A stretch of 64,000 bases of DNA from an uncultured Verrucomicrobia subdivision 3 bacterium (GCA_903918885.1 CAIXFY010000050.1:12730-76729); one strand, 5' to 3'; positions 18,388 through 27,036 are shown, counted from the stretch's first letter. Program-made: numbers and translations. Notes: generated by a model from the sequence alone, not told the origin.

Positions 18388-20190
18388 CTACGGCGCATTA
18401 TTTTTAAACTGCGCATCGGTCAAAGTATTCAAGAACGCCACCAGCGCCCGCTTGTCCGCCGCGCTCAACGGCACGCCGCCGTCGGGATGCTTGGCGAGAT
18501 TCGGGTCGAGCGTCGCACTGCGTTTCAAACCAGTTGCGTAATGTTCAACGACTGCTTCCAGCGTTTGGAAACGGCCGTCGTGCATATATGGAGCGGTCAG
18601 CGCCACATTGCGTAGCGACGGCGTGGCGAATTTTCCATCATCTGATTTCTTGCCGGTAATTTTGCCGCGACCCAAATCGGCGAAAGTATCATCCAGTCCG
18701 TTGTTGGCGAAACTCTGGCTTTGGAACAATGGGCCGCCGTGGCAATGAAAACAGTCCGCGCCGAATTGTCCGCGACGCGGATCGTATTCGGTGGAGAACA
18801 GTTCAAACCCGCGCTGTTCCTCCGGCGTGAATTTCCCCTCGCCGCGCAGCACGCGGTCGAACTTGGCGTCGAAAGAGGTGAGCGTGAGTAGATAATTTTC
18901 CAGTGCGAGTGAAATCTTTTCCGCCGTGATCTCCGGCGAGCCGAAGGCAGTTGTGAAGAGTGCGGGGTAATCATTGGTGGGGCGCGTCACTCCGTGCGCG
19001 CCGTCGGCGGGCAGGGGACTGCCCGCCCTACCTGTTGTCAGTTTCACAACCAAATTCGTCAGCGCCTCGTGCATCTCAATCGGATTTTGAATCGGCTGCA
19101 ATACCTGTTCGCGCAGACTTTTCGCGCGGCCATCCCAGAAAAATTCCTTCTTCCACGCGAGATTGAATAGCGGCATGGAATTGCGTTCGCCGAATTTTCC
19201 CTCCGCGCCGCGCGCCGTTTTGCGTCCGTCGGTAAAGGCTTTGGCCGGCGCGTGACAGTCGGCGCAGGATTGCTGGTCGTTGATGGACAGGCGTGGGTCG
19301 AGGAATAGTTTTTTGCCCAGCTCCACGCGTTCGACGAGCAGCGGGTTGTCGCGCGGCAAGTCGGGAATCGGAAAGGTCGCGCTCATCTGAAATTCATACG
19401 GTGTAAATTTCGTTGGCAAGAAAAGTGGTTTTGGATGGGCAACAGCGATTTCCGTTTCGCTTAACTGTGTGATGCGGTGAACGCGGAACGCGCCCGCCAG
19501 ATTTCTCACCAACGCGGCGGAAATCGGGTCGCCGTCGCGCGAGTGTGTGGACGAACCGTCCTTGCCAAACGACAGCGGACGCGGCGCGTTCAGCAAGGTT
19601 GCCAAATCAAAATCCAGTTCCAGCTTGGTTTCATTTGTGATTTGTAGCGATGCGGCCAGCGTGACGCAAACGGCGTTGGTATCGCGCGCCAGATGATACG
19701 CCCAGCCGTCGAGTTCGCCGGTGGCGTTGCGCCACAAACCTTCGAGCGCGAGAAAAATAAATCCGCCCTGCCAGCTCCAATGCAATCCGTTCAGATTCGG
19801 GTTCAGTGGATGCGCGGCGGGAAACTTGGCTACATCCGCGTGGTTCAAATTGGTGTTCAGGCCGACGAGAAAACGGAGCGAGCGATATTCGCCGGCCGGA
19901 ATTTCCAGCCGCTTGGAGTCGCGATTCTGCTCGTAATCAAACCACGCGACGGAATTGGAAAGTTCCAGCCACGAACCGTCGTTGCGTTGCAAAGCGAAAT
20001 CGCTGGCAAGCCAGCTCACGCGCGTCACGGAAAAGGTTTCGCCCGCCGAAGTCTGATAGCGCAGCGACGCGGGCTGAAGATTTTCGCCGGAAACTTTCGG
20101 CGTGATTTGAAGTTGCAGCGTGGCGGCGGAAGCCGGATTGACCGCGCACAAGCCGGTGAGCCATAAAATAATTTTCCGCGCCAGCTTCAT
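18388..20190 (-). CDS. MbnP-like domain fused to MbnH/MauG-type diheme cytochrome c peroxidase
   Basis: N-half GLNTNLNHAD...LHWSWQGGFIF...YHL; C-half LGKKLFLDPRLS, CADCH, FWDGRA, CFHCH, TPSLRNVALTAPYMHDG. Confidence 0.85.
   Translation of the reverse strand: MKLARKIILWLTGLCAVNPASAATLQLQITPKVSGENLQPASLRYQTSAGETFSVTRVSWLASDFALQRNDGSWLELSNSVAWFDYEQNRDSKRLEIPAGEYRSLRFLVGLNTNLNHADVAKFPAAHPLNPNLNGLHWSWQGGFIFLALEGLWRNATGELDGWAYHLARDTNAVCVTLAASLQITNETKLELDFDLATLLNAPRPLSFGKDGSSTHSRDGDPISAALVRNLAGAFRVHRITQLSETEIAVAHPKPLFLPTKFTPYEFQMSATFPIPDLPRDNPLLVERVELGKKLFLDPRLSINDQQSCADCHAPAKAFTDGRKTARGAEGKFGERNSMPLFNLAWKKEFFWDGRAKSLREQVLQPIQNPIEMHEALTNLVVKLTTGRAGSPLPADGAHGVTRPTNDYPALFTTAFGSPEITAEKISLALENYLLTLTSFDAKFDRVLRGEGKFTPEEQRGFELFSTEYDPRRGQFGADCFHCHGGPLFQSQSFANNGLDDTFADLGRGKITGKKSDDGKFATPSLRNVALTAPYMHDGRFQTLEAVVEHYATGLKRSATLDPNLAKHPDGGVPLSAADKRALVAFLNTLTDAQFKNNAP
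18976..19032. repeat. GTAG-type REP doublet inserted in frame (57 bp)
   Basis: GGTGGGGCGCGTCACTCCGTGCGCGCCG and CGGCGGGCAGGGGACTGCCCGCCCTACC, two inverted hairpins with GTAG/GTGG ends. Confidence 0.7.
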
Positions 20191-21470
20191 CTGGAATCGT
20201 AGCCGCCATTGCCGGCATTCCAAGAGATTGTCGTTGTTTTGGCGGTGGCGGTTTTGAGGTTGGTAACGGGATGCGCCAGAAAATTGGTCGTCACCGGTTC
20301 GTGAACGCCAGTGACGAGACAGCCAATCGGATAGCCATGAAAGCGCCGGCCCATGTTGTAAGGATAAACGGGTTGGCCGTTGACATCAATCGTGGTGAAG
20401 TAAGCATAAGTTCCCTGCGGAAATTCCGGCGTGACGCACCAGCGGCCGTTGAGCTCATCGAGGTCGAAATCTTTGCCCAAAGTTTTCCCGCAGTCGCCGA
20501 CATACGCGTAGTCCTCGATGTAATGACCGAGCGGATATTTTTCGCTGACATTTGGCCCGGTTTGAAAATCTGGCAGCACGGCGGAACGATTTTGTTCGCG
20601 CGCTTCCCAAGTGGGTAAAGTGCGGCGACCGGTTTGTGCGAGATTGTCGGTGCCGTTCTCGCCGTTGCGCAAAGCGAAACCAGAAATCATTCGGCGCACG
20701 CCGCTGGCAGGATTGGTGGGGTTGGAAAAACCATAAGGCCCGTAAACCGGATAGCCGTCCTGCATCCAGCCGAGAATCGGCGAATGCTTGGTCGGCGCGC
20801 TGGAACTTTCGCGGTAAGTTTTTGTCGCGGAATCAAAATCCACATGGTCGCCGAGTTCGTAGCGCAGCGCGATAGGTTCGACATGATAGTGATAAGTGCC
20901 GCGATTTTGCTGGTGCGCGAGCGCGGCGTCGAAAGTCCGACCCTCGTTCACCAGCGCGTCGCGGTTCCAAACGCGGTCACCTTGGCCGATGCCGGCGCGC
21001 GGGCTGGCGTCCTGATGCTTTTGGTGCGAGTAGGAAAACGCATCACCAGCGTCGAACATCCGCACGCCATCCACGAACATTCCAATTTCGCCAAGGCGGT
21101 TGAAATTTTGCGTCGGCTGAACTTTCGGATGGCGCGGCAGCGCAAAAATAAAATGCTGATCCGTCGGCAGGTTAGGAAAAAATCCGTTCTGCCACGGCCC
21201 CATGATTTGGCTGCCGAGGCCGGTGCTGAAAACATAAATCCAGTTGGACGACGACATGATTTTTTGCACGCCGCAATACGCTGGCTGCGATTGCGTGTTG
21301 CGGCCGTTGCTCCAAGTCGTTTCGGTCTGGCCGGAATTTTTCTCCGCGACGGTGCGGTAGATTTGCGCGAACCTGCCGGAGTCGAGCGTGAACCACGAAG
21401 TGATTTGCGGGTCAGCAAAAGCTTTTGTGCTCAGCACACAGAAAATTGCGGCGGAAAAAATAAATTTCAT
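20187..21470 (-). CDS. Exported YHYH-domain protein
   Basis: Start MKFIFSAAIFC; TYHYH, HSPILGWMQDGYPVYGPYG, DLDELNGRWCVTPEFPQGTYAYF. Confidence 0.85.
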   Translation of the reverse strand: MKFIFSAAIFCVLSTKAFADPQITSWFTLDSGRFAQIYRTVAEKNSGQTETTWSNGRNTQSQPAYCGVQKIMSSSNWIYVFSTGLGSQIMGPWQNGFFPNLPTDQHFIFALPRHPKVQPTQNFNRLGEIGMFVDGVRMFDAGDAFSYSHQKHQDASPRAGIGQGDRVWNRDALVNEGRTFDAALAHQQNRGTYHYHVEPIALRYELGDHVDFDSATKTYRESSSAPTKHSPILGWMQDGYPVYGPYGFSNPTNPASGVRRMISGFALRNGENGTDNLAQTGRRTLPTWEAREQNRSAVLPDFQTGPNVSEKYPLGHYIEDYAYVGDCGKTLGKDFDLDELNGRWCVTPEFPQGTYAYFTTIDVNGQPVYPYNMGRRFHGYPIGCLVTGVHEPVTTNFLAHPVTNLKTATAKTTTISWNAGNGGYDSR

Positions 21471-21483
21471 GCAGTTGGCAAAG

Positions 21484-23817
21484 TTAATTGATGGTGAAAT
21501 AACTCGTGAGCGTGTAAGGCGGTGGGCCGGAGTTGAAAGTGACGACAATCGTTTGTGCGCCGGTGGGCGTGTAGCCGGACGGAATCGTGAACAGCGCCAC
21601 CACCGAGCCTTGCACCGTGTAGCTCGTGCTGATGGCGGTAATGCTGCCCACGGTGACGCTCGTGATGGGCGCACCGGCAGGCGGGGCGTTGGGCGGATAA
21701 CTGCCGCCGGTTGGCAGCGTGATGGTGAGCAGCACGGATTGACCGCGATAGGCTGCGCCGCCGGGAGCGACGGCGTTGGTGGCAAACAGCGTGGTGCCCG
21801 CGCTGTCGTAACTCGCCACGGATGTGCGTCCGGCGCGGTAAAATCGTTTGTCGAGCGCGCTGACATCGTCGAGATAAGTGCTGCCGGGGCCGTTCGTGGC
21901 GTAGGTGTTGATGGTGAGACCGCCGGCCAAAGAAGTCCACGAGGTCAAGTTCGTAGAGCCTTCGATTTGATAACTGCCGCCGTCCACGCCCGTCCATTTG
22001 AGCGAGACAAGGCCACCGTTGATGTAAGTAGGCGTGTTCATCTTGCTTACGAGATTTGTGCCGCCAAGAAAATTGGTGATCGCGTTTTCGGTGACGGAAA
22101 TGGCGCTCACTGTGCCGCCGCTCGGCGTGCCGTAGTAGCCACGTCCGATGTTGTAGGGAAATGTCGGCGTGCCGTTGCTGCTGATGCTGACAAAGTAGGC
22201 GTAAGTGCCGTTGGGAAATTCCGGCGTGACGCAGTAGCGCCCGTTGTATTCGTCGAGGTCGTAGGTGTTCGTGCCGGGCGCGATGCCATGATCACCGAGA
22301 TAATCGTTATCCTCCATGTAGCGGCCGAGAACATAAATGCCAGCGACATTCGGGCCGACTTGATTGGAGACGACATTGAACAAGCGCGCCGACCACGCGG
22401 GAATGGTTTTGCGTCCGTTCGCCGTGAGATTGCTCGTGCCGAAAGTTCCGTTCCGCAAAATGTAGCCGGAAATCATCCGTCGGATGCCGCTGCTGGCGTT
22501 GTTGGAAACGCCGTAACCGTAAGGTCCGTAAACCGGATAGCCGTCCGCCGTCCACGCGAGAATCGGCGAGTGCTTGGTCGGCGTGTTGGTGGACTCGGTA
22601 TAAATTTTTGTCACGGAATTAAAATCCACATGGTCGCCGAGCTGGTAGCGCAGCGCGGGCGGATTAGCGTGATAATGATATTGTCCGCCCGCCTGATGCG
22701 CGTTGTTCGGGTCGAAGCTCGCGCCTTCGTTCACATACGCGTCGCGGTTCCAATAGCCGGTGATGTTCTGCGCGTCCACATTGGAAACCGTGCTGTAAGA
22801 ATACGCGTCCCAACTGTTGAACATCGCCGCGCCGTCCACGAAATATCCAATTGGCCCACCGCCGCTCGCGGTTTTTGTCGTCGGCACGGACGGGCTGCGC
22901 GGAATGCGATACATAGTTTTCTGGTTCACCGGCCAGTTCGGAAACGGCTGCGTGTGCTGCGCATTTAGATACCACGGCCCCATCACAAAACTGCCCAGCC
23001 CCGTGCTGCGGATGTAAACCCAGTTGCTGGAGGAATATATTTCCTGCACGCCGCAATATGCGGGCAGCGACTGGATGGTCGTCCCGTTCGTCCACGCTGT
23101 CATGGAAACTCCGTTTGTGCGCGACAAATCATTGGTGTAGATGCGCGCGTATTGGCCGGCGTAGGTGGTGAACCACGAGTTTGTGCGCGGGTCGGCGGGT
23201 AAATTGGTCGCCGTGGTCGTGAACGATGCGTTCAGCACGATGTTCTGGCTGGGCGCGGGCACATCGGTCAATTGGAAACTGGAAGTGCTCGTGTTCGTCA
23301 ATTGCGCGGAATAATTCGCGCCGTTCAGCGAAGCGGTGGTCGCGTCCAGCGCCTGAATTATTTCCGTGCTCGTTGAATACGGAATGTTTTTCGAGGCGGT
23401 CGCGGACGAATTCCAGTTCAAGTTGCCGCCGCCATCCACCGGCCGCACGCCCAATCCGGCGATGCCAAACCGGACCGAACTCGTCGTCACGCCGCTGGAC
23501 ACGGACACCAACGATGCGGTCAAAGTCACGCCGTATCCATAAACAATCAGATTGCCATTCACGCTGACGCGCGTGTCGCCATCAAGGATGGAAAATGTCG
23601 CCGCCGCGCCGCCGGCATACGGCGACATCGTGACCGCGATGACGACATTCTGGCCGGACGCCGAATCGGTGAAGGTGTAGTTCTTCGTGAGATTCGTCGC
23701 GAGCGAGACGATGGAATCGTAATTGGTGACGCTCGCGGCCTTGGTGTTTTGCGCCAGCGCGGAAAATGCCAGCACGGTCAGGATCAGAATTTTTTTGAAT
23801 CGGGTGTTGGTTTTCAT
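21484..23817 (-). CDS. Large exported YHYH-domain protein with extra beta-rich domains
   Basis: Signal peptide; QYHYH, HSPILAWTADGYPVYGPYG, DLDEYNGRYCVTPEFPNGTYAYF; close paralogue of 20187-21470. Confidence 0.85.
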   Translation of the reverse strand: MKTNTRFKKILILTVLAFSALAQNTKAASVTNYDSIVSLATNLTKNYTFTDSASGQNVVIAVTMSPYAGGAAATFSILDGDTRVSVNGNLIVYGYGVTLTASLVSVSSGVTTSSVRFGIAGLGVRPVDGGGNLNWNSSATASKNIPYSTSTEIIQALDATTASLNGANYSAQLTNTSTSSFQLTDVPAPSQNIVLNASFTTTATNLPADPRTNSWFTTYAGQYARIYTNDLSRTNGVSMTAWTNGTTIQSLPAYCGVQEIYSSSNWVYIRSTGLGSFVMGPWYLNAQHTQPFPNWPVNQKTMYRIPRSPSVPTTKTASGGGPIGYFVDGAAMFNSWDAYSYSTVSNVDAQNITGYWNRDAYVNEGASFDPNNAHQAGGQYHYHANPPALRYQLGDHVDFNSVTKIYTESTNTPTKHSPILAWTADGYPVYGPYGYGVSNNASSGIRRMISGYILRNGTFGTSNLTANGRKTIPAWSARLFNVVSNQVGPNVAGIYVLGRYMEDNDYLGDHGIAPGTNTYDLDEYNGRYCVTPEFPNGTYAYFVSISSNGTPTFPYNIGRGYYGTPSGGTVSAISVTENAITNFLGGTNLVSKMNTPTYINGGLVSLKWTGVDGGSYQIEGSTNLTSWTSLAGGLTINTYATNGPGSTYLDDVSALDKRFYRAGRTSVASYDSAGTTLFATNAVAPGGAAYRGQSVLLTITLPTGGSYPPNAPPAGAPITSVTVGSITAISTSYTVQGSVVALFTIPSGYTPTGAQTIVVTFNSGPPPYTLTSYFTIN

Positions 23818-23829
23818 AATCGTGCCGTG

Positions 23830-23865
23830 ACTCTAAACAAAGTCACCTTAAGCGAACATGAAGCC
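23830..23865 (-). promoter_or_regulatory. Direct-repeat box GGCTTCA-N6-CTTAAGG plus -10 (TAGAGT) heading the YHYH operon
   Basis: Matches the 6465-6500 site in sequence and spacing. Confidence 0.7.
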
Positions 23866-23899
23866 AGCCAAAAATTGCACACCGGTGGGCAATTTTTAT

Positions 23900-23934
23900 C
23901 TTCATCTCCCCTTAAGGTCAACATTGCGAAGATT
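23900..23934 (+). promoter_or_regulatory. Third box CTTCA-N6-CTTAAGG upstream of the response regulator (possible autoregulation)
   Basis: CTTCATCTCCCCTTAAGG followed 11 nt later by AAGATT. Confidence 0.6.
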
Positions 23935-23985
23935 CCGATGCTGGCGGATTCAGATAGTCCATGCTAAAACTTCGCCAGCCCGAAC

Positions 23986-24636
23986 ATGAGAATTCTCATC
24001 GTCGAAGACGAACCCGATTTGCTCGCGAGCCTCGCGCAGGCGTTGCGCGAGGAAGGCTACGCCGTGGACACCGCCGACAACGGCGACGACGGCCTCTTCA
24101 ACGCCGAAGGCACGGACTACGACGCGATTGTTTTGGATGTCATGTTGCCCGGCATGGATGGCTGGGAGGTTTTGAAGCGCCTTCGCAAAACCAAAAAAAC
24201 TCCAGTCCTCATGCTCACCGCGCGCGATCAGACGCGCGACCGCGTGAAAGGCCTCGACACCGGCGCGGATGATTACGTCGTCAAGCCGTTTGACCTCGAT
24301 GAAGTGTTCGCCCGCCTCCGCGCCATCATCCGCCGCAGCGCGAACAAGACCACCAACATAATTGAAATCGGCGATGTCAAAGTTGATGCCGCCGCGCGCA
24401 TCGTTTCGCTCAAGAACAAACCGGTCGAACTCACGGCGCGCGAGTATTCGCTGGTGGAATTCATGGCGCTGCATCGCGGCGAAGTGGTTACACGCACGCA
24501 GCTTTACGAGCATCTGTTCGACGAGAACGAAGATTCGTTTTCCAACCTGCTCGATGTGCATGTTTCCAACGTCCGCAAAAAACTCGGCGCGGAATTCATT
24601 GCCACCCGGCGCGGCCATGGCTATTGCATCGAATGA
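23986..24636 (+). CDS. OmpR/PhoB-family response regulator
   Basis: IVEDE, LDVMLPGMDG, GADDYVVKPF, LTAREY, TRRGHGY. Confidence 0.95.
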   Translation: MRILIVEDEPDLLASLAQALREEGYAVDTADNGDDGLFNAEGTDYDAIVLDVMLPGMDGWEVLKRLRKTKKTPVLMLTARDQTRDRVKGLDTGADDYVVKPFDLDEVFARLRAIIRRSANKTTNIIEIGDVKVDAAARIVSLKNKPVELTAREYSLVEFMALHRGEVVTRTQLYEHLFDENEDSFSNLLDVHVSNVRKKLGAEFIATRRGHGYCIE

Positions 24637-26159
24637 AGATTTTCAAATCCATCAAGTGGCGTTTGCAACTCTGGTATGGCCTGATTCTTGTCGTTGTGCT
24701 GGCGGGGTTTGGTTTCACGGCCTATCAACTTCAGCGCAACCGGCAGTTTCGCCAGGTTGACGACGGGATTCACCAGCGCATCGGCATTCTCGCGAACAAT
24801 CTGCACCGCCCGCCGCTGCGTCCGGGCAATGGCGACGGCAGCGGTGTTAATCAGTTTGGTAACCGCCAACCGCCGGAAGACCAGTTTCCGCAGGATCAGT
24901 TTTCCAATGACCGTCCGCCGCAATTCCAGCGTCGTTCGCAGGTGTTCCATCTCGCGCCAGAGAACGCCCGGCTGTTTGACACAAATGACATCAATGGTTT
25001 CTTTTTCCGCATCAGTCGGCTTGTGGAAAACGACCGCACCATCATCGCGCAATCGGAAAACTATCGGCAACCGCAGCCGGTTTTGGAATACGACCATTAC
25101 TTTGATCAATTGAACCACTTCGATTTTCCGGACAGAAAAAAACTGGTTTCGCCGAAAACCATTGCTGCGGGTGATGACCAGATTGTCATTGAAACATTGC
25201 CATCGGGCGAAGCGATTGAAGTCGGCTGCTCACTCAAGCCCATGCGCGCGGAACTCCGCAACGCCGCGTTGCACCTCGCGGGCGTGGGCGGACTAATTTT
25301 ACTTGTGGGCTTGTTCGGCGGCTGGTGGTTTGTCGGTCGCGCGCTCCGGCCGATTTCGGAAATCAGCGCTACGGCGGTGAAAATTTCCGCCGGCGATTTG
25401 TCGCAACGGATTTCCGCCGCCGAAACTGAAAGCGAACTCGGCCAGCTTGCGGCGGTTTTGAATTCCACCTTCGCGCGCTTGGAAACCGCATTCGCCCAGC
25501 AGAAACAATTCGCGTCCGATGCGGCGCACGAACTCCGCACGCCAGTCACGGTGATTCTCACGCAGACGCAGACCGCGTTGAACCGCGAGCGCGACGCCGC
25601 CAGCTACAAGCAGACCGTTGAAGCTTGTCAGCGCGCGGCGCAGCGGATGCGTAAACTCATCGAATCGCTGCTTGCGCTGGCCCGGTTTGACGCTGGGCAG
25701 GAAGTCTTGCGCCGGACAGATTTTGATTTTTCTGAAACCATTGCCGACTGCGCGGAGCTGGTGCAACCGCTCGCGGACGAGCGCGCGGTGAAAATTTCCG
25801 TTGCTGTCGAACCCGTTAAAATCACGGGCGATGCCGAACGCCTTGCCCAAGTCGTCACCAATTTGCTCACCAACGCGATTCAATACAACCAGCCCGCCGG
25901 CGAAGTGCGCGTGCAACTGGCATCGCAAAATGGTCTGGCCGTGCTGACCGTGACGGATACGGGGCAGGGGATTGCCCCCGCCGATTTGCCGTTGGTGTTC
26001 GGCAGATTTTATCGCGCCGACCAGTCGCGCACGGGTGCCAGCAATGCCGGTCTTGGCCTTGCCATTACCAAAGCCATCGTCGAGGCGCACGGCGGGACGA
26101 TTGAAGTGGCGAGCGAAGAAAATGCCGGGACAACTTTTACCGTGCGGCTGCCCATTTGA
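24633..26159 (+). CDS. Membrane sensor histidine kinase (HAMP-HisKA-HATPase, CusS/QseC-like)
   Basis: Two TM segments, FASDAAHELRTP, NLLTNAIQY, DTGQGI, GLGLAI; ATGA overlap with the regulator. Confidence 0.95.
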   Translation: MKIFKSIKWRLQLWYGLILVVVLAGFGFTAYQLQRNRQFRQVDDGIHQRIGILANNLHRPPLRPGNGDGSGVNQFGNRQPPEDQFPQDQFSNDRPPQFQRRSQVFHLAPENARLFDTNDINGFFFRISRLVENDRTIIAQSENYRQPQPVLEYDHYFDQLNHFDFPDRKKLVSPKTIAAGDDQIVIETLPSGEAIEVGCSLKPMRAELRNAALHLAGVGGLILLVGLFGGWWFVGRALRPISEISATAVKISAGDLSQRISAAETESELGQLAAVLNSTFARLETAFAQQKQFASDAAHELRTPVTVILTQTQTALNRERDAASYKQTVEACQRAAQRMRKLIESLLALARFDAGQEVLRRTDFDFSETIADCAELVQPLADERAVKISVAVEPVKITGDAERLAQVVTNLLTNAIQYNQPAGEVRVQLASQNGLAVLTVTDTGQGIAPADLPLVFGRFYRADQSRTGASNAGLGLAITKAIVEAHGGTIEVASEENAGTTFTVRLPI

Positions 26160-26353
26160 ACCGGTTCGGCGCCGTTGGCGAAAGCCCCTTTGCCGTTCGC
26201 AACGTCAACTTCGCCGCCGTAAACCTCCGCGCGCCGGTCAATATCTCGAACGCGGATGGTTTTTGCCCTCGCTTGCCAGCGAAAGGCTCACCCTGCGAAG
26301 CTTCCAAGCCACCCAACGACGTTTGCAGCTCCCGTAAGGCACCTTGAAAGCCG

Positions 26354-26380
26354 GAGGGGGTGCTTGGCAAGCACCCCCTC
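26354..26380. repeat. Perfect 13-bp inverted repeat, possible terminator between convergent genes
   Basis: GAGGGGGTGCTTG-G-CAAGCACCCCCTC. Confidence 0.6.
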
Positions 26381-26400
26381 GCGGTTAAAACCCCTTATTT

Positions 26401-26468
26401 TCCGCAGATTTCGCCGATTTCCGCCGATTCAGAATAATCTGCGAAAATCAGCGCCATCTGCGGATAAA
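26401..26468. repeat. CCGCAGAT...ATCTGCGG palindromic repeat (about 9-nt subunits), copy 1
   Basis: Near-identical copies at 29394-29456 and 33609-33708. Confidence 0.8.
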
Positions 26469-26472
26469 CTCC

Positions 26473-26961
26473 CTACGGCTTGGGCGCAGCCGTCGGCGTG
26501 GCGGGCGTAGCGCCGCCGCCGGGGAAGCGTTCTTTCAAGTCATCAAAGATCGGTTGCGCGCCGGCAATGCCGCGTTTGGCCGCCTGTCGCACATTCTGGT
26601 AAAACGCCAGTTCCGCCATGTAGATTTCATGCCCCACCAACGTCACCGTATCATCCGTGGCTTGCGTCAGCGCATCCAGTTCCCGCACCACATCAGCCAG
26701 CGGCGACCGCAGCGCGCGATCCTTGGCCAACTCCGCCACCTCCACAAAACCCGGCACCAGCTTGGGATTAGCCACCATATAGCTCGCGCATTTTTCATCG
26801 AAGCCCAACGTCCTCTCGCCCAGTTTGGGCAACGTCTGCCGTTCATCCGGCGTGAGGTTGATGAGGAACGGTAGCAACGCGCGGATTTCGGTGATTTTCT
26901 GGAGAATGGCCGTCTTGTCGGCGTCGGCGAGCGTGGCGGAGATACGATTGTCGTCTGGCAT
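26473..26961 (-). CDS. Conserved-looking hypothetical alpha-helical protein
   Basis: 162 aa, natural composition (LPFLINLTPDERQTLPKLG; AFYQNVRQAAKRGIAGA..IFDDLKERF); AT-rich leader. Confidence 0.75.
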   Translation of the reverse strand: MPDDNRISATLADADKTAILQKITEIRALLPFLINLTPDERQTLPKLGERTLGFDEKCASYMVANPKLVPGFVEVAELAKDRALRSPLADVVRELDALTQATDDTVTLVGHEIYMAELAFYQNVRQAAKRGIAGAQPIFDDLKERFPGGGATPATPTAAPKP

Positions 26962-26998
26962 AATTTAATGAGTGTTTAAGTTAATGATTGTTGAACCG

Positions 26999-27036
26999 TC
27001 ACCCCATACACGGACGCCGAACGCCAAATCCGACAA
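26999..27036 (-). promoter_or_regulatory. Putative ECF-dependent promoter TTGTCGGA-N9-CGGCGTCCGT-N5-GGGTGA
   Basis: Same architecture upstream of the ECF gene at 29318-29355. Confidence 0.7.

Noticed and set aside
21388-22968. 526-aa plus-strand ORF
   Set aside because: Antisense to the YHYH gene; Arg/Gly/Val-rich shadow
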